DNA from: Alphaproteobacteria bacterium
GTDB taxonomy: Bacteria; Pseudomonadota; Alphaproteobacteria; Rickettsiales; JABIRX01
Length of the DNA: 64,000 bases
Reading direction: 5' to 3'
NCBI GenBank assembly: GCA_018667735.1
Contig: JABIRX010000042.1
Location: forward strand, 1,803 to 65,802
Shown in pieces: positions 21,984-31,746 of the stretch. A program made the translations under genes and the position numbers. The first letter of the stretch is position 1. Every line of letters starts with the position of its first letter. A model generated the notes under the pieces. It searched no databases. It was not told the DNA's origin and saw only the letters and a list, made by a program, of their open reading frames with translations.

Positions 21984-22769
21984 CTAATTTGATAAAGCTT
22001 TTGACCTAGCCACAGCTTCATTTAGAGAGGCATCTAGAGTTTTTTCTAACCTAGAATCTTGGTTTAAGGAGTTTAAAGCAGCTTCTGTTGTACCACCTTT
22101 GCTAGACACCTGCTTGATCAAGCTGGAGAAATCCTCGCCATGCGCAGTTTCTATTGCAGCTTCTGCCGTGTTAATGGCGATTTTTTTTGCATCATCTGCG
22201 CTAAAACCTGCCTTTATTAGATAATTACTATATATAGACAGAAATTTATAATAATATGCCGGTCCACTCCCAGCAACAGCAGTACCTGCGTGCAACAAGC
22301 GCTCTTCTTCTAACCAAATAGTCTTGCCAAAACTATCTGACAAGCTACTTATTAACTCTTTTTTAGAGCTATCGATGTTTTCACCATAAATCAGATTAGT
22401 GCTTTTTTTTATCTTAGCTCCCAAATTAGGCATCAATCTAACGATAGGATTTTCTGGGAAACAACTGCTAAAATAACTTATGTTTGTGCCTGCTAATATT
22501 GAAATGACAATGGTTCTACTTGTGATAACTTCACTATATTCATCTATCAGAACTTGTATATTTTGTGGTTTACAAGCTATTAAGAAAATATCTGGTTCAA
22601 AATCTTTAGATAACTGCTTCGAATTATTATATTGTCTTTTTGTCTCGTCATGAGAAATATTTCGGTCAATTATACTAATCTCAAGACCTAAAGCTTTAGC
22701 GTCCAAATTGTCAACTATCGCCTTACCCATTTTACCATAGCCCACCTGCAAGAATTTATAAATCATCAT
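21984..22769 (-). CDS. proC: Pyrroline-5-carboxylate reductase
   Basis: Rossmann N-terminus MMIYKFLQVGYGKMGKAI and C-terminal SKGGTTEAAL. The track ORF extends to 22790; the internal Met at 22769 or 22766 is the likelier start. Confidence 0.9.
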   Translation of the reverse strand: MMIYKFLQVGYGKMGKAIVDNLDAKALGLEISIIDRNISHDETKRQYNNSKQLSKDFEPDIFLIACKPQNIQVLIDEYSEVITSRTIVISILAGTNISYFSSCFPENPIVRLMPNLGAKIKKSTNLIYGENIDSSKKELISSLSDSFGKTIWLEEERLLHAGTAVAGSGPAYYYKFLSIYSNYLIKAGFSADDAKKIAINTAEAAIETAHGEDFSSLIKQVSSKGGTTEAALNSLNQDSRLEKTLDASLNEAVARSKALSN

Positions 22770-23187
22770 TGCTATCGAACCTACCAACATTTCTAAGTAA
22801 TTGCTTAAAGAAACCTTCTTGTTTTGTAACTGATTTAGTAATTTTTGGCTCCATTTTTAATATATTCATATCTGTTAAATTATATTGCCTGATCTCTGCT
22901 AATTTACGCGCCTCAAAGATGAGCTCATATGCTGTGTATTTCTGGTAATAGGCCTTCTCTAGCGCCTTTTTGTTTCTTGCATAATCAAAGTACAGCCATA
23001 TATCTTGCTCACCCCTTTTGGTTTTTAGAGTGGGCAAACCAATTAACTCTTCTATAACCACTTGGCTAGTGCTACCAACATTTAATTTAGCAAGATCATT
23101 TGCCTTAATTTCAATGCCATGCTTAGAAATATTGTCTGCACAAGAAATTATAAATAAAAATGTGAAAAATGTGAATCTTTTGAGCAT
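22756..23187 (-). CDS. bamE: Outer-membrane assembly lipoprotein BamE (SmpA/OmlA family)
   Basis: 143 aa. Signal peptide with lipobox (FLFIISC) followed by a SmpA/OmlA-like region (LAKLNVGSTSQVVIEELIGLPTLKT...DIWLYF). Confidence 0.75.
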   Translation of the reverse strand: MLKRFTFFTFLFIISCADNISKHGIEIKANDLAKLNVGSTSQVVIEELIGLPTLKTKRGEQDIWLYFDYARNKKALEKAYYQKYTAYELIFEARKLAEIRQYNLTDMNILKMEPKITKSVTKQEGFFKQLLRNVGRFDSNDDL

Positions 23188-23329
23188 TAAGTAAAAAAAA
23201 CTAGATTATAAAAGTTTTTCTGGTATATAAGTTTATCTCTTTTATTTGCTATAAAGTAAAATAACTAAAGCAAAGATGCAAGCAATAAGAGTTAAAAGAG
23301 AATTAAATTAACAAATTTGAAGGTTAACC

Positions 23330-23584
23330 ATGGCTGTTCCAAAAAAGAAAACATCGAAATCTAGAAGAAATCAGCGTAGAGCCCATGATTCTCTTGCACG
23401 CGTAAATATAGTTGCAAATAAAACAACTGGCGAATATCAACTTCCCCATCAAGTTTCAGTTGATGGATTTTACAAAGGAAAAAAAGTAATAGCTGACAAA
23501 GTTAAAAAAGAAGAAGAAAGTAGCGAAGAAGTTAATGCTAAACCAGAAGCAGAGCAAAAAAAAATAGCTAGCGAAGGAGTATAA
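23330..23584 (+). CDS. rpmF: 50S ribosomal protein L32 with charged C-terminal extension
   Basis: [19 protein letters not shown] is the canonical L32 start. 84 aa, ending in a Lys/Glu-rich tail. Precedes plsX-fabH. Confidence 0.95.
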   Translation: MAVPKKKTSKSRRNQRRAHDSLARVNIVANKTTGEYQLPHQVSVDGFYKGKKVIADKVKKEEESSEEVNAKPEAEQKKIASEGV

Positions 23585-23595
23585 CTAACTTTCTA

Positions 23596-24642
23596 GTGAT
23601 GCCGGATTTAAAAGCGCGCCACCAAAACAGAAAACATATATTAGCTCTTGATGCTATGGGAGGTGATAATGCTCCCTATTCCGTTCTAGCTGGAGCTGCG
23701 TTATTTGCTAAAACTAACCAAAATGTAGATTTTCTATTTTTTGGTGACTCAGCCAAATTAACGCCCATATTTAACAAATTTCCAATATTAGCAAACAGAG
23801 CAACAATAGAGCATACTGAAGACTTCATTGCCGCCGAAGAAAAGCCCTCTACTGCCTTAAGGAGAGGGAAAAAATCAAGCATGAGGCTTGCGATAGAAGC
23901 TGTAAAGGAAGGTAAGGCTGATGCAGTTGTTTCGGCTGGCAATACCGGCGCTTTAATGATTATGTCTAAGCTAATCTTAAAAACTCTAGATGGTATTGAC
24001 AGACCAGCAATTGGCACCATAATACCGACAAAAATAGGAAGCTCATTACTTCTAGATATGGGGGCAAATTCTGCTTGTGACGCAGAGAATTTAGTGCAGT
24101 TTTCAATAATGGGCGACGCTTTTGCAAAAGCGGCTCTTGCTAAAGAATCTCCATCTATAGGCCTTTTAAATATAGGGTCAGAAGAGCTAAAAGGTCACGA
24201 AACTGTTCGTGTCGCTAATCAAATTATCAGCGAAGAATATACCAACTTGAATTATCATGGCTATGTAGAAGGTGATGATATAATGACTGGTGTGGTTGAT
24301 GTTATAGTCACAGATGGCTTTACAGGGAATGTGGTTTTGAAGGCTATTGAGGGCACTGCAAAGATTTTAACTGGCTTCTTTAAGCAAGGTTTTAAAGCTT
24401 CACTCTTTTCAAGAATAGGGCTGTTATTTTCTGCTTTATCATTAAAAAAAGTTTTCAAGAAGATTGACCCAAGAAACCATAATGGGGCCATGTTCTTAGG
24501 GCTAAATGGCATATCAATCAAGAGCCATGGAAACGCTGACAAAATTGGCTTCTCTAATGCGCTTAAAGTTGCTGTAAATTTAATTGAAAATAAAATTAAT
24601 CAGAAGATAATCGAAGAGCTGAAGCTAATAAATAACAAGTAA
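23596..24642 (+). CDS. plsX: Phosphate acyltransferase PlsX
   Basis: 348 aa. ALDAMGGDNAP, SAGNTGALM and TDGFTGNVVLK motifs. GTG at 23596 or ATG at 23599. Confidence 0.95.
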   Translation: MMPDLKARHQNRKHILALDAMGGDNAPYSVLAGAALFAKTNQNVDFLFFGDSAKLTPIFNKFPILANRATIEHTEDFIAAEEKPSTALRRGKKSSMRLAIEAVKEGKADAVVSAGNTGALMIMSKLILKTLDGIDRPAIGTIIPTKIGSSLLLDMGANSACDAENLVQFSIMGDAFAKAALAKESPSIGLLNIGSEELKGHETVRVANQIISEEYTNLNYHGYVEGDDIMTGVVDVIVTDGFTGNVVLKAIEGTAKILTGFFKQGFKASLFSRIGLLFSALSLKKVFKKIDPRNHNGAMFLGLNGISIKSHGNADKIGFSNALKVAVNLIENKINQKIIEELKLINNK

Positions 24643-24650
24643 ATTTAACC

Positions 24651-25613
24651 ATGAATTGCTCAACAAAAATCTTAAGCTGCGGTAGCTACCTTCCCAAAAA
24701 AATTGTCACAAATAGTGAGCTTGCTAGAACCGTTGATACTAGCGATGAGTGGATTAGAGAAAGAACTGGCATTGCTCAAAGACATATAGCCGCTGAGAAT
24801 GAGCTTACCTCCGACCTTGGCTATAATGCTGCGCTTTCGGCTTTAAATAACAGTGATTTAACGGCCAAAGATATTGACGCTATAATTGTCGCTACTACTA
24901 CTCCAGATAACATCTTCCCATCTACAGCCACTAAAATTCAAGCAAAACTTGGAATGAGTCATGGCTTTGCATTTGATGTGCAAGCGGTTTGCTCTGGTTT
25001 TATATATGCCTTAACTATTGCTGATAAATTTATAAAAACTGGAAGTGCTAAAAATATTTTAGTTATTGGTGCTGAGACATTATCACGAATTTTAAATTGG
25101 GAAGATCGTAATACATGCGTATTATTTGGTGATGGTGCAGGCGCGGTAATTTTAAGTGCTGATCTATCAAGAGAAAGTGACATTATAGATAGCCAGCTAC
25201 ATTCAGATGGCTCCCTTTACAAAATTCTTAATACTAATGGTGGACCATCTTTAAATGGAGGAGAAGGACATATTACCATGCAAGGTAAGGATGTTTTTAA
25301 ACATGCGGTTAGTAAAATGTCGGCCACAGTAAAAGATATCATGCTGCGAAACCAACTTACAATAGAGCAAATTAATTTAGTAGTTCCACATCAGGCGAAT
25401 CAAAGAATCTTAGATGCCGTTGCGCGAAAGCTTGAAATTCCTAAGGAAAAAATGGTTTCAACCGTAAATATGCACGCTAATACATCTGCAGCGTCAATTC
25501 CTCTTGCACTAAATGAAGCTTTAAGTAATAATAGAGTTAATAGAGGAAGCTATATGATATTTGAAGCTCTTGGAGCTGGGCTTACTTGGGGCTCTATGTT
25601 AATCAAATATTAG
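24651..25613 (+). CDS. fabH: 3-oxoacyl-ACP synthase III
   Basis: 320 aa. Active-site Cys (AVCSGFIYAL), His (VPHQANQRI) and Asn (HANTSAASIP). Confidence 0.96.
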   Translation: MNCSTKILSCGSYLPKKIVTNSELARTVDTSDEWIRERTGIAQRHIAAENELTSDLGYNAALSALNNSDLTAKDIDAIIVATTTPDNIFPSTATKIQAKLGMSHGFAFDVQAVCSGFIYALTIADKFIKTGSAKNILVIGAETLSRILNWEDRNTCVLFGDGAGAVILSADLSRESDIIDSQLHSDGSLYKILNTNGGPSLNGGEGHITMQGKDVFKHAVSKMSATVKDIMLRNQLTIEQINLVVPHQANQRILDAVARKLEIPKEKMVSTVNMHANTSAASIPLALNEALSNNRVNRGSYMIFEALGAGLTWGSMLIKY

Positions 25614-25618
25614 TTAAA

Positions 25619-25909
25619 ATGTCAGAAACCATAAATAAAGAAAACATCGCTACAGAAATCTCAGAAGAATTTGGTATTTCTAAATCTCAATCAGCCGGAA
25701 TGGTAAATGACATTATCTCAGTCATGGCCAAAATCACCTATGAATCTGGTAAGGTAAGAATTCCATATTTTGGCACTTTTAGTAAAAAAGAAAAAGTTGC
25801 AAGAATGGGCCGGAACCCAAAGACTAAAGAAGAGTTTAAAATAGCAGCAAGAGAAGTAATTACTTTTAAAGCCTCAGATTTTTTTAAAGATTTTATTAAT
25901 GATAATTAA
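25619..25909 (+). CDS. ihfA: Integration host factor alpha subunit (HU/IHF fold)
   Basis: MSETINKENIATEISEEFGISKSQSAGMVNDI...IPYFGTFSKKEKVARMGRNPKTKEEF. Holds the conserved position after fabH in Alphaproteobacteria. The track ORF start (25586) lies inside fabH. Confidence 0.88.
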   Translation: MSETINKENIATEISEEFGISKSQSAGMVNDIISVMAKITYESGKVRIPYFGTFSKKEKVARMGRNPKTKEEFKIAAREVITFKASDFFKDFINDN

Positions 25910-25915
25910 AGCATT

Positions 25916-26281
25916 ATGGAAAACCTCTTCGCAAAAACTTTCTCCAATTTATCCCTAAAACCCATCAATGAAGTAGCAGAAGAGCTTTCAATAGAACCAT
26001 ATATTCTTAGATTTTGGGAAACAAAATTTAGCCAAATTAGCCCAACTAAAGGTAGAGGCAACAGACGCCTTTATAATGAGAAAGATATAGACACCTTAAA
26101 ATCCATCAAAGACCTTTTATATAATAAAGGCTTTACCATCGAAGGAGCTAAAAAACTGTTAAATGGTGACATTAGCATAAAGCAAGCCGCCAATTCTAAT
26201 CAACAGCAAAACTCAAATATTATTGCAAAAGCTATCAATGATTTAAAGCAAATAAAAGCTGAGCTACAAGAACTAAGTTAG
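25916..26281 (+). CDS. MerR-family transcriptional regulator
   Basis: 121 aa. MerR-type HTH (EVAEELSIEPYILRFWETKF...GRGNRRLYNEKDI). Conserved partner downstream of ihfA. Confidence 0.85.
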   Translation: MENLFAKTFSNLSLKPINEVAEELSIEPYILRFWETKFSQISPTKGRGNRRLYNEKDIDTLKSIKDLLYNKGFTIEGAKKLLNGDISIKQAANSNQQQNSNIIAKAINDLKQIKAELQELS

Positions 26282-26285
26282 AAGA

Positions 26286-27248
26286 TTATTTTTGTTCTAT
26301 ATAGCTGATTATATCTTGCATGTCTTTTGGCATATCAAGCTGAAATTCCAGCAGCTTACCACTTATTGGATGCTCCAGCTGCAAATAAAAAGCATGTAAA
26401 GCTTGTCTTTTGAAGTTAAATAATAATTTATCATCTTCTAAATTAAAATGACGCAATAGCTTCTTCTTATTATTGCCATATTCAGGATCCCCTAAAATAC
26501 TATGCCCCATATTTGACATATGCACTCTAATTTGATGTGTACGTCCAGTTTGCAGCTGACACTCTATTAAAGTAACAGCTCCATTTAGCATAATCTTTTT
26601 ACTTTGATAACGGGTAATTGCTTTCTTACCCTTATTAACTGTTACCTCCATTAATTTTCTATTTCTTGAGCTTCTTGCTATATAGGTTTCGATTATACCC
26701 TCTTCTGGATTTAACATACCCCAAATTAAAGCATAATATTTTCTGGTTAAACTTCTTTCTTCCAGTTGCCTGCTTATATGTAAATGTGCTTGATCATTTT
26801 TTGCAACTACCATAAGGCCGGAAGTGTTTTTATCTAATCTATGCACTATACCCGGTCTTTCACTACCACTCACAGATGAAAGATCTGTCTTTCTTGCTAG
26901 CAACGCATTAACTAAGGTATTATTGCTATTACCTGCCCCAGGGTGCACAGTTAGGCCAGCTTGTTTGTTTACGACCATAAGATCATCATCTTCATAAATA
27001 ACATCTAGCTCTATTTCTGTTGGGCTTATCTTAGTTTCTTGTTTTGCTAGCTCTTTGAAACTAATTATTTTTGCTGAGGCTAAATTAAATCTAGGCATTG
27101 TAACTACTTGATCATCAACTAAGACATTACCAGCTAATATAGTTTTTTTTATTTTTTCTCGTGAAATAAGCTGTTCTCTTAGTTTATCCGCTAAAAACTT
27201 ATCTAATCTCTCCAGATTATCTTCCTCTGTAATTATGAAAGTAAACAT
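26286..27248 (-). CDS. rluD: RluA-family 23S rRNA pseudouridine synthase (RluD-like)
   Basis: 320 aa. S4-like N-terminus (ERLDKFLADKL) and catalytic HRLDKNTSGLMVVAKN. Confidence 0.85.
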   Translation of the reverse strand: MFTFIITEEDNLERLDKFLADKLREQLISREKIKKTILAGNVLVDDQVVTMPRFNLASAKIISFKELAKQETKISPTEIELDVIYEDDDLMVVNKQAGLTVHPGAGNSNNTLVNALLARKTDLSSVSGSERPGIVHRLDKNTSGLMVVAKNDQAHLHISRQLEERSLTRKYYALIWGMLNPEEGIIETYIARSSRNRKLMEVTVNKGKKAITRYQSKKIMLNGAVTLIECQLQTGRTHQIRVHMSNMGHSILGDPEYGNNKKKLLRHFNLEDDKLLFNFKRQALHAFYLQLEHPISGKLLEFQLDMPKDMQDIISYIEQK

Positions 27249-27269
27249 TTATGGCTTTTCCCAGTAATA

Positions 27270-27893
27270 TTAATATATAAAGCTATTTATGATGCCCATT
27301 ACTATTTTTTTCCCAAGCAATATAACTGCTACAGTAAATATAACACCAGCTATACCTAATAAAATACCCATTAATATGGTAACCCCATCTCTGCTTAGCA
27401 TACCCAAAGATAGAGTTAAAATACCCAAGGCTGGAACAAAATTTGTAAATGGTAAGGGTAGTGCAATAGAAACGGCAAAAATTATACAAAAAAAGCCTAT
27501 AATTTTTGTACCTTTATCGGATGCAAAAAACAACAATCTTGGCTTTAACAATCTTTCTATCTTCTTCAGCAAGGGCGAGGAACTTATAACTATAAAGCTT
27601 AAAGTGCTTCTTTTTATAGATAATCTAGTTAACCATTTTGGCAGCCATGGCGAATTAAAGCCAAGCATCATTTGAACTGATAAAAAAAACAAGGGAATTG
27701 CAAAAATAGTTGTAATACCTGGTATATAAGGAAGTGGAACAGCTAAAGGTAAAGAGAAGCCGATCAACAAAATACCAAAGCCACGCTCATGCATAGATGT
27801 TTTTAGTTCATCTATAGTCACGCGATCTGATTTACTGGCTTTTACCACACTCTTTAAAAACTCAGAGGTAGATGATCTCTTATTATGCTCCAT
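27270..27893 (-). CDS. ExoD-family exopolysaccharide synthesis membrane protein
   Basis: 207 aa. RVTIDELKTSMHERGFGILLIGFSLPLAVPLPYIPGITTIFAIPLFFLSVQMMLG..PWLPKWL fits the ExoD family. Confidence 0.8.
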   Translation of the reverse strand: MEHNKRSSTSEFLKSVVKASKSDRVTIDELKTSMHERGFGILLIGFSLPLAVPLPYIPGITTIFAIPLFFLSVQMMLGFNSPWLPKWLTRLSIKRSTLSFIVISSSPLLKKIERLLKPRLLFFASDKGTKIIGFFCIIFAVSIALPLPFTNFVPALGILTLSLGMLSRDGVTILMGILLGIAGVIFTVAVILLGKKIVMGIINSFIY

Positions 27894-27950
27894 TGGCTAA
27901 TTACTTGCTAACTAAAGCAGTACTTTACACTATAGCTAATTAATAACAAA

Positions 27951-28742
27951 TTAATTATTCATTTGTAATCTTAATTGACACTTATTGACCGTAGTTTCAA
28001 AGTCATATTCATCAAGATCTGCATCTTGCGTACCACTAGATTGCAACACACAAGCTTCACCAGCTGTTTGACTTGCTCCACCACTTGTTGTGGTAATTGC
28101 GGTATTTGCACATGTAAAGGATGAAGGGTCAGAACTACATGATGCTGATCTTGCCACCATTTTACCTTTTAAAGGGTAACCATCATCTAACTTATTATCA
28201 ATTGAGAATGCATCTTCTGGAACTAAACTATCAGCAAAGCTAAGTGTTGATGGGCTACCCGCTGTAGAATCTTCTATTCCTATGTGGTAGTAATTTACGC
28301 CACTTACACCATAAACAACTATACCTCCACCATGCTTTGCCTTTGGAAAAGTTTCACCTATAACTCCATTTGTGCTATCTCCATCATAGGCTCCATCTGC
28401 AAAACCTGCATTATTTAAGTGCTCCCAGAAATAAACAAGTTCATAATTTGCAGTATCTGGCGTAGTATCTGCAGTTCCATCTTCTAAAACACCGTCATCG
28501 TCACCATTATTTGAACCTAAGCCCCTTTTATCTGCGTTGCTTATATCTCCTGGCAAAGCATCATATTTTAATTTAAAAGTACTCGTTTGTGTTTCGAAAC
28601 CATGAATTTGCGAAATTAAACCTCGAAGTTGAGCAGCTTGTATCAAGTCTTTTCCAACCGTGACAGATGCAACTAGCAACCCCAAAATAATTATAACTAT
28701 TGATAACTCGACTAATGAGAATGCTTGATTTTTTTTATTCAT
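27951..28742 (-). CDS. Prepilin-type N-terminal methylation-domain protein (type IV pilin / pseudopilin-like), large Cys-containing C-domain
   Basis: MNKKNQA|FSLVELSIVIIILGLLVASV gives a class III signal peptide with Glu at +5 and Ala rather than Gly at -1. A good promoter lies inside the track's longer ORF (to 28814), which supports the Met at 28742. Confidence 0.8.
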   Translation of the reverse strand: MNKKNQAFSLVELSIVIIILGLLVASVTVGKDLIQAAQLRGLISQIHGFETQTSTFKLKYDALPGDISNADKRGLGSNNGDDDGVLEDGTADTTPDTANYELVYFWEHLNNAGFADGAYDGDSTNGVIGETFPKAKHGGGIVVYGVSGVNYYHIGIEDSTAGSPSTLSFADSLVPEDAFSIDNKLDDGYPLKGKMVARSASCSSDPSSFTCANTAITTTSGGASQTAGEACVLQSSGTQDADLDEYDFETTVNKCQLRLQMNN

Positions 28743-28772
28743 TTTTACCGTTTTTATATTACGCTTAAAATT

Positions 28773-28800
28773 ATTGTAACATAAAAATAGTATTTTGCAA
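28773..28800 (-). promoter_or_regulatory. Sigma70-like promoter for the pilin-like gene
   Basis: Minus strand reads TTGCAA (28800-28795), a 16-nt spacer ending in TGt, then TACAAT (28778-28773). This is about 30 nt upstream of the ATG at 28742. Confidence 0.45.
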
Positions 28801-28823
28801 AAAAGATAAATCAAAATATCAAA

Positions 28824-29675
28824 TTATTTTCTTTCTACTGCTTTATCATATACACCAAGCAATTTAATATCCTTAGAATAAAAGCCTAGCTCTTCTAGAG
28901 CTAGCTGCACTGACCTTTCATCTACATCACCCTCAAAACTAATAAAAAAGCTAGCCTCCTCAGACAAGCCACCTGGTATATAGCTTTCTAATTTTATAAT
29001 ATTGATATTATTAGTTGCAAAGCCACCTAAACATTTATAAATAGCAGCTGGAATATTTCTAACAGTAAATAAAAGAGTTGTAACCTTCTTTGCCGATTTA
29101 TTGATTGAAAGCTCCTCTACTTCTTTTGCTAATGCTATGAAAATAGTATTGTTCTTTTCTGCATCTTGCATGTCATATTTAATAATTTTTAAATTATTTA
29201 ATGTTGCTGCAAGCTCAGTGCACAATGCTGCTTTTGTTGGGTCTTGCTCTTTATTAACATATTTGGCTGCAAGTGCTGTATTAAAAAATGAATGCTTACT
29301 TAATGACAGTGACTTTACACTTTGATTTGACTGCATTAATGCTTGTGGGTGAGAATAAACATCTTTAATTTGAGTAATATCACTATCTGCTATTGCGGCT
29401 AAATGGTGCCTTATCTCAAGAAAAAACTCTCCAACTATATGCAAACTTGTACCTTTGAGTAAATTATGAATTTCTGAAACTCTACCCGCATTTGAATTTT
29501 CAATTGGTACAATGCCTAAAGCTATTTTGCCAGATTCAACAGCATGGAAAACCTCATCAAAGGTATCAAAAGAGTGGTGTTTTGCATGAGGAAATTTGGA
29601 TACACATAGTAAGTGTGAATTGGCCCCCTCGCTACCTTGATAGGCTACGCTTTTCTTATAATCTTTATATATCAC
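28824..29675 (-). CDS. pheA: Prephenate dehydratase (PDT + ACT domains)
   Basis: 283 aa. AYQGSEGANSH N-terminus, PDT core and an ACT-like C-terminus (TTLLFTVRNIPAAIYKCLGGFATNNINIIKLES). Confidence 0.9.
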   Translation of the reverse strand: MIYKDYKKSVAYQGSEGANSHLLCVSKFPHAKHHSFDTFDEVFHAVESGKIALGIVPIENSNAGRVSEIHNLLKGTSLHIVGEFFLEIRHHLAAIADSDITQIKDVYSHPQALMQSNQSVKSLSLSKHSFFNTALAAKYVNKEQDPTKAALCTELAATLNNLKIIKYDMQDAEKNNTIFIALAKEVEELSINKSAKKVTTLLFTVRNIPAAIYKCLGGFATNNINIIKLESYIPGGLSEEASFFISFEGDVDERSVQLALEELGFYSKDIKLLGVYDKAVERK

Positions 29676-29749
29676 TGTTTATTGCATATTATGATGATAC
29701 TTCTATATTAAATATTCTACTGATATGAGCAAGTAATAATACAATTAAA

Positions 29750-31111
29750 ATGACTTCACACACAAAAAACAATTGGCATAAATCTAGCTGGAGAAGCCAC
29801 CCTATCAAACAGCAACCCAAATACGAAGATTTAACAAAGCTAGCAAAAACAGAAGAGTCTCTGTCTAGTTATCCGGCACTTATATATTTTGACGAAGCAA
29901 TAAAACTAAAAAAACACCTAGCCAATGTTTCTAATGGTGAGGCCTTTTTACTGCAAGCGGGTGATTGTGCCGAGAGCTTTGCTGAGTTTAATGAAAAAAA
30001 TTTAAAATTATATTTCCAAATTATATTGCAAATGACTGCAGCTTTAATGTATGGCTTGAATAAACCAATAGTAAAAGTTGGCCGTATTGCTGGACAGTTT
30101 GCAAAGCCAAGATCAAGTGACTTTGAAGAAATTAATGGCAAAAAGATACCTTCATATAGAGGTGATATGGTCAACTCTATTACAGAAAACATAAATGAAA
30201 GAGTGCCAAACCCAGATAATCTTCTCAAAGCCTATCAACAATCTGGCACCACTTTAAATTTCATAAGAGCATTAGCATCTGGTGGCTTTGCTAGTCTTGA
30301 TAATATTTATAGCTGGTTAAATGATTTTTCTAATGTTGCAAAAAACAATACAAAAATTACAGATATAATAGCTGAGATAGCCAAATCATCATCCTTCTTC
30401 AAGGCCTGTGGCTATGATTTGTCTGCCCATAAAGATTATAATAGTGCTGAATTTTTTACTTCACATGAGGCGCTATTGTTAAACTACGAAGAGTGCTTAA
30501 CTCGGTTCAACCCTATAGATGAAAGATATTACGCTTGTTCTGCTCATATGCTTTGGATCGGAGAAAGAACAAGAAATTTAGATGAAGCACACATAGAGTT
30601 TTTTCGTGGTATAGCAAATCCTATAGCATCTAAAGTTGGTCCAACTATGCAAAAAGATGAGCTGCTAAAGTTGATAGACACTCTTAATCCGCAAAATGAA
30701 CCTGGTAGGTTAACCTTAATATCCAGAATGGGCGCTGATAACATTAATAATAAATTACCTCAATTAGTAGAAGCTACTAAAGCAGAAGGCCTGAATGTAA
30801 TTTGGTCATGTGACCCAATGCATGGTAATACAGAGACCTCTTCTAATGACTTTAAAACTAGAAAGTTCGACAATATCTTCAGCGAAGTAAACAGCTTTTT
30901 TGATATTCATAAAAGCTTAAACAGTTATGCTGGCGGTATCCACCTTGAAATGACTGGTCAAAATGTCACCGAATGCTTGGGTGGAACGGAGGAAATTACT
31001 GAATCATGCTTGGCAAAAAACTATAATACTCACTGTGACCCTAGATTAAATGGACATCAAAGTTTGGAACTTGCTTTTTTGATTGCACGCAAATTACAAA
31101 ATAACAATTAG
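29750..31111 (+). CDS. Class II 3-deoxy-7-phosphoheptulonate (DAHP) synthase
   Basis: 453 aa. WRSHPIKQQPKYED N-terminus, GRIAGQFAKPRS and CDPMHGNTE are typical of type II DAHPS. Confidence 0.93.
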   Translation: MTSHTKNNWHKSSWRSHPIKQQPKYEDLTKLAKTEESLSSYPALIYFDEAIKLKKHLANVSNGEAFLLQAGDCAESFAEFNEKNLKLYFQIILQMTAALMYGLNKPIVKVGRIAGQFAKPRSSDFEEINGKKIPSYRGDMVNSITENINERVPNPDNLLKAYQQSGTTLNFIRALASGGFASLDNIYSWLNDFSNVAKNNTKITDIIAEIAKSSSFFKACGYDLSAHKDYNSAEFFTSHEALLLNYEECLTRFNPIDERYYACSAHMLWIGERTRNLDEAHIEFFRGIANPIASKVGPTMQKDELLKLIDTLNPQNEPGRLTLISRMGADNINNKLPQLVEATKAEGLNVIWSCDPMHGNTETSSNDFKTRKFDNIFSEVNSFFDIHKSLNSYAGGIHLEMTGQNVTECLGGTEEITESCLAKNYNTHCDPRLNGHQSLELAFLIARKLQNNN

Positions 31112-31707
31112 GTTCTTTTACAATTAGTAAATAAGGCCGTAATTTTATCTTTGATCTTAGCTTTAAAAGCTCCTAACTTTAGCGTGTCTGCTATTCTAGC
31201 TTCTATAAATAATTCTAAATCTTTGTAACTGAAATTATCATCTTCTGCCCGCTTTAAATAAAAAACTAAAGAGGCTGAATAAACCGCTCCAAGCAAAGTT
31301 CTTTTAGTGTAATAATTAAAATCTGTTGACTGGTCACCTGCAAACACCCAAATTTGATCACAACTTTTAGCTAATGACATAACAGCTAAGTCACTATTTT
31401 TAGGCATCATTAAATATTTTGCTGTTTCTTTAGTTACAGCATAATCATGCAGGTCAAACCTTATTAATAACGCTTGTTTAATTTTTTCTCTGACTTTTAA
31501 ATTTTGTGGTTCCATCTCCTCTAATTTATTTAGCATATGATGATCATTTTGTTCCAAATGATATGTAACCAGATCTTTTGTGGAGCTAAATATATTATTA
31601 TAGCCTGTCTGCTCCTCTATATTATTTATTAATTCTGCACCCCAGCCATAAATAGGTAGCATGCTAAGCGCTTCTGCTAAAAATGCTTTCTTTAAATCTT
31701 CTGTCAT
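31108..31707 (-). CDS. COQ9-family protein (rpsU-divergently-transcribed protein family)
   Basis: 199 aa. AGDQSTDFNYYTKRTLLGAVYSASLVFYL and FIEARIADTLKL match the bacterial COQ9-like family. Confidence 0.75.
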   Translation of the reverse strand: MTEDLKKAFLAEALSMLPIYGWGAELINNIEEQTGYNNIFSSTKDLVTYHLEQNDHHMLNKLEEMEPQNLKVREKIKQALLIRFDLHDYAVTKETAKYLMMPKNSDLAVMSLAKSCDQIWVFAGDQSTDFNYYTKRTLLGAVYSASLVFYLKRAEDDNFSYKDLELFIEARIADTLKLGAFKAKIKDKITALFTNCKRT

Positions 31708-31746
31708 TATCTTACTTTATTCTCTTAAAAGAAATTCTTCAAAGGT

